A stretch of DNA of 64,000 nt from Blastocatellia bacterium (GCA_046331565.1 JAXLQP010000007.1:97634-161633); one strand, 5' to 3'; positions 18,275-30,957 are shown, counted from the stretch's first letter. A program made the numbers and translations. The notes: a model not told the origin generated them from the sequence alone.

Positions 18275-19432
18275 TTATCCGGTAATGTCGGTGACGCGCT
18301 CGGCAATCTGCGTCGTGGCGGCGGACTGCTCTTCAGTCGCGGCGGCGATGGTGGCGACCATATTGTTGACGGAATCAATTTCCCGCACGATCTGCGCCAG
18401 CGCTTCCTCGGCCTTTTTGAATGAGGTTTCGCCGTTTTCAACTTCGCGGCGGCCATCTTCCATTGTGCTGACAGCCTGGCTCGTGTCTTTCTGCACTTCG
18501 CGGATGATCTCGTCAATTTCGGTCGTGGAAACTCTCGTCCGTTCGGCCAGCTTGCGCACTTCGGCGGCGACGATGGCAAATCCGCGCCCGTGTTCACCGG
18601 CACGGGCCGCTTCGATGGTGGCGTTGAGCGCGAGCAGATTGGTCTGGCTGGAAATTTCACCGATGACTTCAACGATCCGGCCAATCTCGGTTGAGCGGCT
18701 GCCGAGGCGTTCGATGATGCTCGATGAGGAATGAACTGCGGCGGCAACCTTCTGCATTCCGGCGACTGCCTGGCCGACGACTTCCTGCCCGGTCGCGGCG
18801 TTGCGCGTGACATTGATTGAAGCCTGTGACGCCTGGCTCGTGTTTTTGGCGACTTCAGTTACAGCCTGGCGCAGCTCCTGCAGGGCGATGGCGATTTCGC
18901 GGGTCTTTTGTTCGAGCGCGCGGCGGCGATCAAGGTCTGCGGCGGCCTGATCCTCGACTTTCTTTTCTGCCGTGATGTCCTGCCAGCAGGCCATGTAACA
19001 GAGCACCCTGTTCGGATCCTGACTGTCACGAATGGCATAGGTGCTGGTGCGAAAGGTGATGTCACCGATGGGAATGTCGGCGTGGTGCGGCAGGCGTCCG
19101 GGCTGAGCCAGCAACTGCCGGATGCGATCAGGATTTTTGTGAAACTGGTGAATCGAGTTTCCGTAGGCGCTGGAAACATCAGCCCCGCGCAGGCCCTGAT
19201 TGAGCGAGCCGCGATGTTTCATCATCACTTCCCGCGCCGCGCGGTTCATATAAAAAATATTGTTGTCGTGCGTGGTGTCGCACAGCATGACGATGTTTTC
19301 CAGGTTATCCAGCGCCTGTGTCAGCTTGTGAATTTCAGCCTTGCACTGAGTAATGGTTTCTGCGGTCTGGTCGGTTTTGTCTGCAAACAGAAGCCGGAAG
19401 GCATCCCTGGTGCGGGCAAAGAAGCTGTTCAT
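18275..19432 (-). CDS. Soluble methyl-accepting chemotaxis protein with Aer2-type heme-PAS domain
   Basis: No TM segment. PAS with [20 protein letters not shown], then the MCP hairpin [45 protein letters not shown]. Confidence 0.9.
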   Translation of the reverse strand: MNSFFARTRDAFRLLFADKTDQTAETITQCKAEIHKLTQALDNLENIVMLCDTTHDNNIFYMNRAAREVMMKHRGSLNQGLRGADVSSAYGNSIHQFHKNPDRIRQLLAQPGRLPHHADIPIGDITFRTSTYAIRDSQDPNRVLCYMACWQDITAEKKVEDQAAADLDRRRALEQKTREIAIALQELRQAVTEVAKNTSQASQASINVTRNAATGQEVVGQAVAGMQKVAAAVHSSSSIIERLGSRSTEIGRIVEVIGEISSQTNLLALNATIEAARAGEHGRGFAIVAAEVRKLAERTRVSTTEIDEIIREVQKDTSQAVSTMEDGRREVENGETSFKKAEEALAQIVREIDSVNNMVATIAAATEEQSAATTQIAERVTDITG

Positions 19433-19583
19433 TCAATCCTCCGTTATTAAGCGCCACGTCCGGCAACAACCGGACACGATCAGGCGGGACGATGGCTGGT
19501 ATGACTGCCAGCATCCTTATCGGCGCCGGACAGGCAGGCTTTAACTTTATTTCTGACCGGGAAGGCCAACGGAGGATTGATGA

Positions 19584-20639
19584 TTACTGACTTTGCTGTT
19601 GCTCCTGGGCGAGCAGGGCGCGCTTTCGTTCCAGGCCCCAGCGGTAACCACTGAGGTCGCCGTTTTCGCGCACGACGCGGTGACAGGGCGTGATGATGGC
19701 GACCGGATTGGTCGCGCAGGCGCGAGCTACGGCGCGGGTGGCAGTCGGCTGACCCACACGCCGCGCAATTTCGCTGTATGAAACCGTGCTGCCGGATGGA
19801 ATCAGTCGCAACTCCGCCCAGACCCGCTGCTGAAAGGCTGTCGCCCGCACATCCAGCGGCAGTTCGGGACACGGCTGCTGACCGTCAAGGTGCCTGAGCA
19901 GAGCCTGCACCTGCTGATTCAGCGTAACCTCGTCGCGTTCAAGCTCAGCCTGCGAAAATTCGCGGAATAAATCCTGCTCCAGCTTTTCGGCAGTGTCGCC
20001 CAGCGTGACCGCGCAGATGCCGCGTTCAGTGGCGGCCACCAGCAGGCGACCCAGACGACATTCAGTGATCGTGTAGTTGATTTTCATGCCCTTGCCTCCG
20101 CGACGATAAACAGCCGGGGTCATTCCCAGTTGTGCTGCTGCCTTTTCATAAAGCCTGCTGCTTGAACCGTAACCGGCCTCGTACATGGCTGCCGTGACGG
20201 CCTGGCCCGACTGCACTTCGGCTCTGAACCTGCCGGAGCGCAGGGCTTCGGCGTATTGCCGGGGCGTGATGCCGGTCAGTCGCCTGAAGACGCGCTGAAG
20301 ATGCGATTCGCTACAGGCGTTCTGCGCGCTGAGGTCAGCCAGGCTGAGCCGCGCGTCAGGTTCAGCCGCAATCGCGCAACAGACGCGCTGCACCAGGGCA
20401 GCCTGCGCATTTTCTGCCGCAGCCTCATCAGGACGACACCGCAGACAGGAACGAAAGCCCGCCTGCCGCGCCAGTTCGGTTGACGCAAAGAAAAGCACGT
20501 TTTCACGCTTCGGCTGTTTCGAGCGACACGAAGGGCGGCAGTAAATGCCCGTCGAACTGACGCCGTAAAAAAACAGTCCGTCAAACCGGCCATCGCGCTG
20601 CTGCACAGCCTCCCAGTATTTGTTTTCAGGTGTTTTCAT
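19584..20639 (-). CDS. ada: Bifunctional Ada: methylphosphotriester-repair Zn domain, AraC HTH and O6-methylguanine methyltransferase
   Basis: GIYCRPSC...CLRCRP (four Cys), HLQRVF HTH region and C-terminal PCHRVV active site. Confidence 0.95.
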   Translation of the reverse strand: MKTPENKYWEAVQQRDGRFDGLFFYGVSSTGIYCRPSCRSKQPKRENVLFFASTELARQAGFRSCLRCRPDEAAAENAQAALVQRVCCAIAAEPDARLSLADLSAQNACSESHLQRVFRRLTGITPRQYAEALRSGRFRAEVQSGQAVTAAMYEAGYGSSSRLYEKAAAQLGMTPAVYRRGGKGMKINYTITECRLGRLLVAATERGICAVTLGDTAEKLEQDLFREFSQAELERDEVTLNQQVQALLRHLDGQQPCPELPLDVRATAFQQRVWAELRLIPSGSTVSYSEIARRVGQPTATRAVARACATNPVAIITPCHRVVRENGDLSGYRWGLERKRALLAQEQQQSQ

Positions 20640-20737
20640 ACGCGCATCTTACGATCTCAGCGGCAGGCAATCTATCCGGTTTCTGCACTGCAATTCGGGC
20701 AGTGAGGCAGAAAGGAGCGGGCAGTTGAGAATTGAAA

Positions 20738-21397
20738 TCAGTCAGCAAAGATTTGCGCGGGCGAGATGGTCAGAAATTCCAGTCCGGGCGCTGGCAGTTT
20801 GCGGCGGCCCTTGAATTGCGCAATGCGCGTGTACTTTCCGTCTTTGGGCGCGGCGTGAACCCAGACGCTGCGGTCGCGTCGGTCAATGACCCAGTAAGCC
20901 GCAATTTCAGGCGCGGCATAAATGTCAGGTTTGATGACCAGGTCGCGGTCAATGTGAACGCGATGCGAAACCGAGAGCACTTCGATAACGAGCGGTGCAG
21001 GCGGGCGACGCTGTTTTTTCAGATAGTCGCGGTAATAAATCGAAACATCGGGGCAGACCTCGTGCGGGCCTGTTACGCCTTCCGCCACCCAGCGATCCTG
21101 GAGCGCCTGCGGGACTTCGTAATAACGTGACCCGCTGATCCGGCAGTTCAGCGACCTGATTTCACGATTATGATCGGCCAGCATTTCCAGCAGATGATCG
21201 GTCAACTGCATGTGCATCAGGTCGGGTGGCGGGGCCATAACGATCTCTCCATTGATCAGTTCCAGCCGGTCATCCGGCAGGGCTTCAGCGACGGCCCTGA
21301 ACTCTTCAATCGTGTAACGCCGCACCAGCGATCTGTCGGCAATGATCCTGCCGTGAAGCTGTTGCGCCGGATAAATGTCTTCCGGGACTGCTCCCAT
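20738..21397 (-). CDS. Uma2/DUF820 family PD-(D/E)XK endonuclease-like protein
   Basis: YTIEEF...RLELINGEIV MAPPP..H, PDVS, LVIEVLS and K..Y....I..YWVID. ATG 21397 with GGAGG RBS. Confidence 0.85.
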   Translation of the reverse strand: MGAVPEDIYPAQQLHGRIIADRSLVRRYTIEEFRAVAEALPDDRLELINGEIVMAPPPDLMHMQLTDHLLEMLADHNREIRSLNCRISGSRYYEVPQALQDRWVAEGVTGPHEVCPDVSIYYRDYLKKQRRPPAPLVIEVLSVSHRVHIDRDLVIKPDIYAAPEIAAYWVIDRRDRSVWVHAAPKDGKYTRIAQFKGRRKLPAPGLEFLTISPAQIFAD

Positions 21398-21468
21398 AAC
21401 TGACCTCCTGCCGCGCATTATATCGCTGGCGGACAGGGCGAAGCGACTTTCATGATTCGACGCCGGAA

Positions 21469-22281
21469 TTATCGTTCACGCTGATGTCGCAGCAGCGACA
21501 TGATCACCAGCAGCAGCAGCGGCAGCGTGATGAAGACTCCGGCCCAGCCCATCGTCTTTTCGCCAATCCAGAAAGTAATCAGCAGATTGAAAGCCAGAAT
21601 ACCGAAATAGAGAATGAACGGGCCGAGCGCCTTGAAGGGATATTCCAGCACGCCAACCGGAATGCGGCTGCCGCGCCCGTCGCCAAACAGCGCCAGATCC
21701 ACCCCAATGAACAGCCGCAGAATAACGAAGCAGACAAAGAACCAGCCGATGAAATTGGCGATGGTCACGCCGAAATAACTGCCGCCGTTCGGATAGTGGT
21801 AGAGTTTGCCGAGGAACCACCGCTCGCCCTGCAACGTCACCGGGTCAATGATGATGTCGAGATACATCATCAGAAAGGCCGCCAGCAGCGTGACTGACCA
21901 GCGGCGGCGCGTGCGTTCGCGTTCGAGCGTGAGCGTGTCAATCAGAAAGGTGCTTTTGCCCAGCACCGTCGCCGCCAGTTCCCAACTGACATAGGACAGA
22001 AAGGTGAACGAAAGCGAATCGAAAAACGGCACGCCCGCAATCCACAATTCGCGGTCGCGCGTCGTGTCGTAATAACGATAAAGCCCGAAAGGAAAACCCG
22101 TTCCGGCAACGGCAGAGAGCCATTCGCAAACGAAGGCGATAATAAAAGCGAGAGCGGTGAACACAGCCGTTCGCTTCCAGCCAATGTGCGTCACGGCCAG
22201 AAATAAATAGGCCAGCAGAAAGACGAAGACATACGGGCGCAGAACCAGCGTTCCGGCAAGTAACTGGAGGAAGTGAAGCAT
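21469..22281 (-). CDS. CruF/DUF422-like integral membrane protein (carotenoid biosynthesis protein family)
   Basis: Multi-TM. E.LS..TGFPFG.Y.Y, GVP, D..IDP...W and YFGV..ANF.GWF pattern. Confidence 0.75.
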   Translation of the reverse strand: MLHFLQLLAGTLVLRPYVFVFLLAYLFLAVTHIGWKRTAVFTALAFIIAFVCEWLSAVAGTGFPFGLYRYYDTTRDRELWIAGVPFFDSLSFTFLSYVSWELAATVLGKSTFLIDTLTLERERTRRRWSVTLLAAFLMMYLDIIIDPVTLQGERWFLGKLYHYPNGGSYFGVTIANFIGWFFVCFVILRLFIGVDLALFGDGRGSRIPVGVLEYPFKALGPFILYFGILAFNLLITFWIGEKTMGWAGVFITLPLLLLVIMSLLRHQRER

Positions 22282-22366
22282 GGGGCAAAGAGGTTGATTC
22301 GGGGCGTTTTCTGTTTCAGTTCTCGAACGAAATTGAACCGGGCGCGTCTGCTTTTATTTGTCAGTG

Positions 22367-24355
22367 TCAGGCTTTCCGGGCTTTGGCATAACGGCCCAGC
22401 GCGGTCAGTGGAAACTGATTCCGGTACTGATGATAGTTGATGTAGAAATGTCCGGGGAAGCCCGTGCCGGTAAATTCCGCTTCCGGCCAGCTTCCGTCGT
22501 TGTTCTGATGATCGAGCAGGTACTGAATGCCCGCTGTGACAGCCGCCGATTCATCATCACCAGCGGCCATCAGGCCCAGCAAAGCCCAGGCGGTCTGTGA
22601 CGGCGTACTCGGCCCTTTCCCACGTAACTCAGGCCGTTTATACGATTCACAGGTTTCGCCCCAACCGCCATCAGCATTCTGCACCGAACGCAGCCACGCG
22701 GCGGCGCGCTGCGCTTCACTGCGCTGCATTGTGAAACCAATTGACTGCAACCCGACGAGCGCCAGGTACGTGCCGTAAACATAATTCACGCCCCAGCGTC
22801 CCCACCACGAACCGTCAGGCTCCTGCAAACCAAGCAGAAATTCAATGGCGCGCTGCACCTGCTGATCGGTGTAATGAATTTCGCCGAGCCGGTCGCGCCA
22901 GTGTCCGAGCAGTTCCAGCACGCGCCCGGTCAGATCAGCCGTCGGTGGATCAATCATCGCCTTCAAATCACCATACGGCATCTGATTCCACAAATCCTGC
23001 GTGTTGTTAATGTCGAAGGCGGCCCAGCCTCCCGCCCGGCACTGCATCGTCATCACCCACTCAGTCGCCGCGCGGCAGCATTCCAGCTTGTACTCTTCAT
23101 CACTGGTTTTGAGCGCGAGCAGCGCCATAATCACCGCCGCCGTGTCGTCAACGTCAGGATAGTAATCATTGAAAAACTCGAACGCCCAGCCTGCGGGTTT
23201 GCCCTGACGATTGAAAACAGCCCAGTCGCCGTAACGAAAAATCTGCTTCGTCAGCAGCCATTCGCCTGCGGCCATCACGCGCGGATGCGACGGCGACACG
23301 CCTGAATCGAGCAGCGCCGTCAGCGCAAGCGCCGTGTCCCACGTCGGAGAAATGCACGGTTGCAGGCGCAGGTAAGCAGGCATTTCAGAACCTGCCGAAG
23401 TTCCTTCCTCGATGCAGAACCGATCCAGCGCATCGAGGCCGCGTTTGATGTAAGGATGCACGGCTTTGTAACCAAGCACATGAAACATCAGAATCGAATT
23501 GAGCATCGCCGGAACAATGCCCGCCCAGTCGCCCGGCGTATCCTGCCGTTCAATCACCCAGCGTTCAGCCGCCGCAATACCCTGCTGCCGCAACGGCACA
23601 ATGTCGTGACGATCAAGATGCTTGAGAAATTTGTCCGCCGCCAGAAAGAGCGAACCAGCCAGCGTGCCGTCATTGTTTTTGAGCGATGTGTCAGCCTTGT
23701 CCCTGCCGCCTTCGGCAAAGAGTTCGTCGGCGTAAACCTTCAGGTCATAAACCGGCCTGCGATCAATCACGACGAGCAGCGGCACTGTCGAAGACCGCGC
23801 CCAGCTTGCCATCGTGTAGACATTGAACGGGAACCATTTCGGCAGAAACATAAACCAGGGCGGCAGCGTCGGAATGCCCGCCCAGGGATAAGCGCCAAAG
23901 AGCGCCAGGTGAATCTTCGTGAATACCCGCGCTTTTGTTAAGCCGCCGCGTTCGAGAATGAAGCGCCGCGCCCGCTGCATCCGTTCATCGTCAATCGCCA
24001 CGCCCGCGAGTTTGAGCGCGTAATAAGCTTCAATCGTCGTGCTGATTTCGCCGCCGTCGCCGTAATAAAGCTCCCAGCCGCCGTGCGCGCACTGCTGCCG
24101 CAGCAGGTAACGCGCCATCTGCTGAATCTGTGCTTCGCGGTCTTTGCCGTTGCTGAAGCGGTTGCGCGCATCCGAATGAATCAGGATGCGGTGCAGCATG
24201 ATGTATTCCGCCGTCAGCGTGACATTGGCTTCAAGTTCAGCCCACCAGTAACCATCGAGTTCCTGCTGCGCCAGCAGGTAATCCTGCGCGCGTTCGATGG
24301 CCTCGCTGAGTTGTGAACGAAGATCAGGTTTGATGAGTGATTGTGCTGTACTCAT
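22367..24355 (-). CDS. shc: Squalene-hopene cyclase
   Basis: GYWWAELEAN, YPDVDDTAAV (DXDD), MQCRAGGWAAFD, QW repeats (QEPDGSWWGRWG, QNADGGWGE, QNNDGSW) and TGTGFP..FY..Y..YR..FPL.ALGRY. Confidence 0.97.
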   Translation of the reverse strand: MSTAQSLIKPDLRSQLSEAIERAQDYLLAQQELDGYWWAELEANVTLTAEYIMLHRILIHSDARNRFSNGKDREAQIQQMARYLLRQQCAHGGWELYYGDGGEISTTIEAYYALKLAGVAIDDERMQRARRFILERGGLTKARVFTKIHLALFGAYPWAGIPTLPPWFMFLPKWFPFNVYTMASWARSSTVPLLVVIDRRPVYDLKVYADELFAEGGRDKADTSLKNNDGTLAGSLFLAADKFLKHLDRHDIVPLRQQGIAAAERWVIERQDTPGDWAGIVPAMLNSILMFHVLGYKAVHPYIKRGLDALDRFCIEEGTSAGSEMPAYLRLQPCISPTWDTALALTALLDSGVSPSHPRVMAAGEWLLTKQIFRYGDWAVFNRQGKPAGWAFEFFNDYYPDVDDTAAVIMALLALKTSDEEYKLECCRAATEWVMTMQCRAGGWAAFDINNTQDLWNQMPYGDLKAMIDPPTADLTGRVLELLGHWRDRLGEIHYTDQQVQRAIEFLLGLQEPDGSWWGRWGVNYVYGTYLALVGLQSIGFTMQRSEAQRAAAWLRSVQNADGGWGETCESYKRPELRGKGPSTPSQTAWALLGLMAAGDDESAAVTAGIQYLLDHQNNDGSWPEAEFTGTGFPGHFYINYHQYRNQFPLTALGRYAKARKA

Positions 24356-24419
24356 AATTTTCAATAGCTGACAAGTCACCAGACAAGCAGCTCAATCCGG
24401 ACAGAAGTCTCCGGTCTGT

Positions 24420-24637
24420 CAGCCCTGGCAGTGGCCTGATTCAATGATGACGATGATTGCTTTGTCCTCGTCCCGGCCAGTCTTTCAGCCCCTGCCGGGG
24501 CCGAAAGCACCAGATGTTTTTGAATCGGCCACACGCACATCCGCTGCGGATGGATTAACCAGTCGCCTGCCGGGGCCGAAGGAACCAGACGCTTCTGAAT
24601 CGGGAAGCGTCGCTTCATCCGAAACAGAGCCTGCCGG
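24420..24637. repeat. Cluster of GCCCCTGCCGGGGC-type REP-like units, including two 38-bp direct repeats
   Basis: CCTGCCGGGGCCGAA.G.ACCAGA.G.TT.TGAATCGG at 24491-24528 and 24566-24603 (75-bp period), a partial copy at 24630 and a degenerate inverted copy near 24420. Confidence 0.75.
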
Positions 24638-24641
24638 ATAT

Positions 24642-25841
24642 TCAATGCTGATACTTCAGATAATAACTGATAATCAGCCCGTCAACGCCGCTGTAACTGA
24701 CTGTGCCGTGCGTCACGCGATTGGCTTTGAGATAAGTGTCGTTGACTCTTTCTCCGACAGTCATCAGATGACCCTGGTAGCGTCGCCAGAAAGTTGATGA
24801 CGCGGCCAGATCAGCGCGCGGCCCCTGGCCAAGCTGATCGTAAACAGCCTTGTAACGCAGGATTGGCAGCGATTCGCGCAGCAGCGCACTGCCAAATCGC
24901 CGCAGCACACCGAGCGCGTGCATATATCCCGAATAGCGCACATAAGCGTCTGACGATCTGATGCAGACCAGAAAGGCAATGAAACTCGCTTCGTCTTCCT
25001 GCGCGAAGCCGCGCTGATGCGCCTTTTCGTGCGCGATGGTGTAGGGCAGCTCAAAATCGGGCTGCTCGGTGTTGTAATTCGGCTCGCCCGTGAACGGATT
25101 GTAAACGCCGGTAATGCCAAAGATCGTCATCAGCCGCGAAAACATCACAGGTTTCGGCGGTGCGCCCTGCGTCGGCGCAATTCCTTTGAGCAGCGGTTCC
25201 TGTTGGTAAGCTTCTTCAATCAGTTGCGCCAGTTGCGCCGGATCGTGCGGGATGCGGCTGTGATCCGGCCAGTCGTGGTCACGCGCCGCTTCCAGATAAC
25301 TCTCGTTGACTTTCATGACGATGACGCGGCTGATGGCTTCCAGTTCATCTGCCGAAGCTTTGCGCGAGGTGAATTCAAAATTCTGCGCCAGCGGTTGCCG
25401 CTGATAATTCAAACCCCACAGCAGCAGAAAGGTGAGCGCGCTGACGCTGACCACCATCAGCAGCCTGACCATCGCCGCAAACAGCCACTGCCGCCACACC
25501 ACCTGTTTTTTCAAAACCCGGCGCACCTGCACCGCCAGCCAGCACAACGCACCTCCCGCGAGCAGCATCAGCAGCATTTCAGCGATTGAAAAACTGACGC
25601 GGCGATTGATGAATGCCAGCGCCGCCGCGACGTAAGGATAAAATCCCCGGCTGTAATAATGCTCAACGAGTCGCGGATTATAACCGGCCAGCAGTTGCAG
25701 CGCGACCGTGACGAGCAGCAGCGCAATGGCCGCATAACCGGCGCTCATCTGCCGCAGCGCCTTTCGCTCAGTCACAGCCGATGATGCTGACTGCTGCGCG
25801 GCGCGTCCGGCCTGGATTTTTATGTCGTGATCTATTCGCAA
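24642..25841 (-). CDS. DUF3810 family membrane protein with HExxH motif
   Basis: VEHYYSRGFYP, LLWGLNYQR, G.YNPFTGE.NYN, AHEKAHQRGFA.EDEA.F.A and YSGY. Start may be ATG 25748. Confidence 0.85.
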   Translation of the reverse strand: MRIDHDIKIQAGRAAQQSASSAVTERKALRQMSAGYAAIALLLVTVALQLLAGYNPRLVEHYYSRGFYPYVAAALAFINRRVSFSIAEMLLMLLAGGALCWLAVQVRRVLKKQVVWRQWLFAAMVRLLMVVSVSALTFLLLWGLNYQRQPLAQNFEFTSRKASADELEAISRVIVMKVNESYLEAARDHDWPDHSRIPHDPAQLAQLIEEAYQQEPLLKGIAPTQGAPPKPVMFSRLMTIFGITGVYNPFTGEPNYNTEQPDFELPYTIAHEKAHQRGFAQEDEASFIAFLVCIRSSDAYVRYSGYMHALGVLRRFGSALLRESLPILRYKAVYDQLGQGPRADLAASSTFWRRYQGHLMTVGERVNDTYLKANRVTHGTVSYSGVDGLIISYYLKYQH

Positions 25842-25959
25842 GGCGTTTCAGGGCTGAGTTGTTCTGCAATTGAATATCCGCAAGCAACTTGTGTGCAGTC
25901 CCGGAAGCATCAGCGAACTGCCTTGAAATCGGCAGTCCAGCCGGGAAACAGGCCACACC

Positions 25960-26037
25960 CCCGTAGTCACGAATTCATTCGTTGCTCCTGGAAATCCGCA
26001 GTCACGGCAGCAGAACGAATGAATTCGTGACTACGGG
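25960..26037. repeat. GTAG-type REP-like perfect 24-bp inverted repeat; probable terminator of the OPT genes
   Basis: CCCGTAGTCACGAATTCATTCGTT (25960-25983) and AACGAATGAATTCGTGACTACGGG (26014-26037). Confidence 0.85.
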
Positions 26038-26094
26038 TGATTCGAGTCTCTGTCAGGCTGCCCGGCCTGATGGCTCTGCCGGTACTGCATCATT

Positions 26095-28383
26095 TTACCG
26101 CGCCCGGTGCTTCAGAATAATCTCGCGTCCGGTCAGATAGAGCAGCACGCACAGCACGGCGAACGGAATGAGCGACAGCAGATTGGCATAATCGCCGTTG
26201 TAAAACGGATTGTGCGCTCCGGCCCAGTCTTCAAGGCGTTTGTTGGCATCAACCAGAACGCCGGCCATAAAGGCAATCACGATGCCCGCAATTGCGCCGC
26301 CGGCGATGTAACCCGAAGCCATCAGCACGCCGGGGCTTTTATCGGTTTCGGCATTGAACTGCTCTTCGGTCAGATTGCGGCTCGCCAGTTTCTTCTTCAG
26401 CCACAGATCAACCAGCCAGCGAATCGCACCGCCGATAAAGATCGGCAGCGAAGTTGAAATCGGCAGGTACACACCCACCGCAAACGCCAGCGACGGCACC
26501 GCCGCGCATTCCAGCACAATCGTAATCATCACGCCGAGCAGCACAAGCGCCCAGGGCAGCTTGTGATTGAGAATGCCCTTGATGATATACGACACCAGCA
26601 CCGCTTTCGGCGCATCGAATTTCGGCACGGTCGAACCGTCGGGCCGTTCCTTGTGCGCGCCGTTGATGCCCGGATCAACCAGCCAGACCGGCACGCCCTG
26701 ATCGTTGACCAGATACCTTTTCGTTTCGCCGTTCTGATCGGTGTAATGCCAGACGTAATAACTGTTGCTGTCCTCGCGTGACTGCGGGCCTTTGATCGCT
26801 TCGCGTTCGCGCAGTTGCGAAACGTCAGCGCGGATTTCAGCCGCAGGCTGCTTCACCGGCATATAAACCGTTCCCGTCTGATTGAGCTGAATCAGAATCG
26901 GGCCAAGCAGAATGGCCGAGGCGAGCGAGCCAAAGAGAATCGCAATCTGCTGATACTTCGGCGTGGCTCCGATCAGAAAGCCTGTTTTCAAATCCTGCGA
27001 AGTCGTCCCGCCGTTTGAAGCCGCAATGCAGACAATTGCGCCGACTGACAATGCCGTCACGTAATACGGCGGCGTTGTCCATCCGACGACCAGAAAAATC
27101 AGGCACGTCAGCAGCAGCGTGGCGTAAGTCATGCCTGAAATCGGATTCGATGATGAACCGACTTCGCCCGTCAGCCGCGATGACACGGTGACGAACAGAA
27201 AGCCGAACAGGATAATCATCAGCGCGCCGAGAAAGTTCATGTGCAGCGAGCGAAACGCCATAATCAGCACCACGAGCAGCACGATGCCGCCCACGACCCA
27301 TTTCATCGAAATGTCGCGTTCAGTGCGCGGCGCTGCTTCGCCGCTCGTGGTCTGCGTGCCGCGCAGGTCGCGCAGGCCGCTGCGAATGCTGCCGATGATG
27401 GTTGGCAGTGAACGAAAGACGCTGATGATGCCTGCCGCCGCGACTGAACCCGCGCCGATGTAAAGCACATAAGCGCCGCGCACTTCATCCGGCGACATTT
27501 CGCTGATCAGCTTCGTGCCCGGCGCGAGCGGCGAACTGAGCGCATCACCGAAATACTTGATGGCCGGAATCAGCACCAGATAAGCCAGCACGCCGCCGCC
27601 GACCATTAACCCCGCGATGTACGGCCCGATGATGTAACCCACGCCGAGCAGTTCCGGCGAAATTTCGGCTGACACCGAACCGCCCTTGAACGGCGTGCCA
27701 AAGACACGTTCAGGCACTTCCTTCCACCACCTGAGCGCATCCATCATCACCTTGTAAGCCAGCCCGATGCCGAAGCCGGTGAAGATTGTCTTTGCGCCGA
27801 TCTTCGCTTCGCTGACTTCAGCCGTGCCTGCCCGTTCAGCTTCGCGCAGCGATTCATCATCCGCGCCCGCCTTCAGCACTTCAGCGCAGGCCGTGCCTTC
27901 GGGATATTTCAGGACGCCGTGCTGCTGCACGATCAATGCGCGCCGCAGCGGAATCATCATCAGGATGCCGAGCAGCCCGCCCAGCACGCCGACCAGCATG
28001 ACGTTCAGAATTTCCAGGTTGAAGCCCAGAATCATAATCGCAGGCATCGTCGCGCCGAATCCGAAAGCAATGGATTCGCCCGCCGAGCCAGCCGTCTGCA
28101 CGATGTTGTTTTCCAGAATCGTCGCGTTGCGCAGCCCGATTTTTGAGAGCAGCCGGAAGATCGTGATTGAGATCACCGCGACCGGAATTGACGCGCTCAC
28201 GGTCAGGCCGGTTTTGAGCACGAGATACAGCGACGACGCGCCAAACACAATGCCAAGCAGCGTCCCCAGAATCAGCGGCAGCGGCGAGAATTCACGCAGG
28301 CCTGTGGCGTCAGGAATAAAAGGGCGAAAGGTCGCGGAATCCGGCTTTGAGGTCTGCGGAACGTCAGCAACTTTAAGAGCCAT
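26095..28383 (-). CDS. OPT/YSL family oligopeptide transporter, paralog 2
   Basis: [50 protein letters not shown] and [15 protein letters not shown]. Confidence 0.93.
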   Translation of the reverse strand: MALKVADVPQTSKPDSATFRPFIPDATGLREFSPLPLILGTLLGIVFGASSLYLVLKTGLTVSASIPVAVISITIFRLLSKIGLRNATILENNIVQTAGSAGESIAFGFGATMPAIMILGFNLEILNVMLVGVLGGLLGILMMIPLRRALIVQQHGVLKYPEGTACAEVLKAGADDESLREAERAGTAEVSEAKIGAKTIFTGFGIGLAYKVMMDALRWWKEVPERVFGTPFKGGSVSAEISPELLGVGYIIGPYIAGLMVGGGVLAYLVLIPAIKYFGDALSSPLAPGTKLISEMSPDEVRGAYVLYIGAGSVAAAGIISVFRSLPTIIGSIRSGLRDLRGTQTTSGEAAPRTERDISMKWVVGGIVLLVVLIMAFRSLHMNFLGALMIILFGFLFVTVSSRLTGEVGSSSNPISGMTYATLLLTCLIFLVVGWTTPPYYVTALSVGAIVCIAASNGGTTSQDLKTGFLIGATPKYQQIAILFGSLASAILLGPILIQLNQTGTVYMPVKQPAAEIRADVSQLREREAIKGPQSREDSNSYYVWHYTDQNGETKRYLVNDQGVPVWLVDPGINGAHKERPDGSTVPKFDAPKAVLVSYIIKGILNHKLPWALVLLGVMITIVLECAAVPSLAFAVGVYLPISTSLPIFIGGAIRWLVDLWLKKKLASRNLTEEQFNAETDKSPGVLMASGYIAGGAIAGIVIAFMAGVLVDANKRLEDWAGAHNPFYNGDYANLLSLIPFAVLCVLLYLTGREIILKHRAR

Positions 28384-28569
28384 ATAAGTTGTCTCCAGTC
28401 AGTTTCGTAACGGCAGGAAGGGGATCTGCAATCCGCAGCTAATCTAACTTGCGAAATACCAGCGGAGCAAGCGGGACAGATTGAGACACGCGCAGAATGA
28501 TTTCAGATAAACAAAAACGGGCCAGAGCCGCAAGCGCCCTGACCCGTCTGACTGCAATGACAGTCGTGA

Positions 28570-30957
<2,388 letters not shown>

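Noticed and set aside
20640-20700. Ada box upstream of ada and alkA
   Set aside because: Partial similarity (CCGG..TTT.TGC) exists at both loci, but in inconsistent orientation and without a convincing AAT-N6-GCAA. Not supportable by eye.
20738-21397. Uma2 gene as a restriction or anti-phage system
   Set aside because: It is a solitary Uma2/DUF820 gene with no methylase or partner. These are typically multi-copy and of unknown function in such genomes.
24491-24637. 38-bp direct repeats with about 37-nt spacers as a mini CRISPR array
   Set aside because: Only two full copies, with five mismatches and an irregular third period (75 versus 64 bp). No cas genes. The unit contains a REP-like GCCCC-TGCC-GGGGC hairpin.
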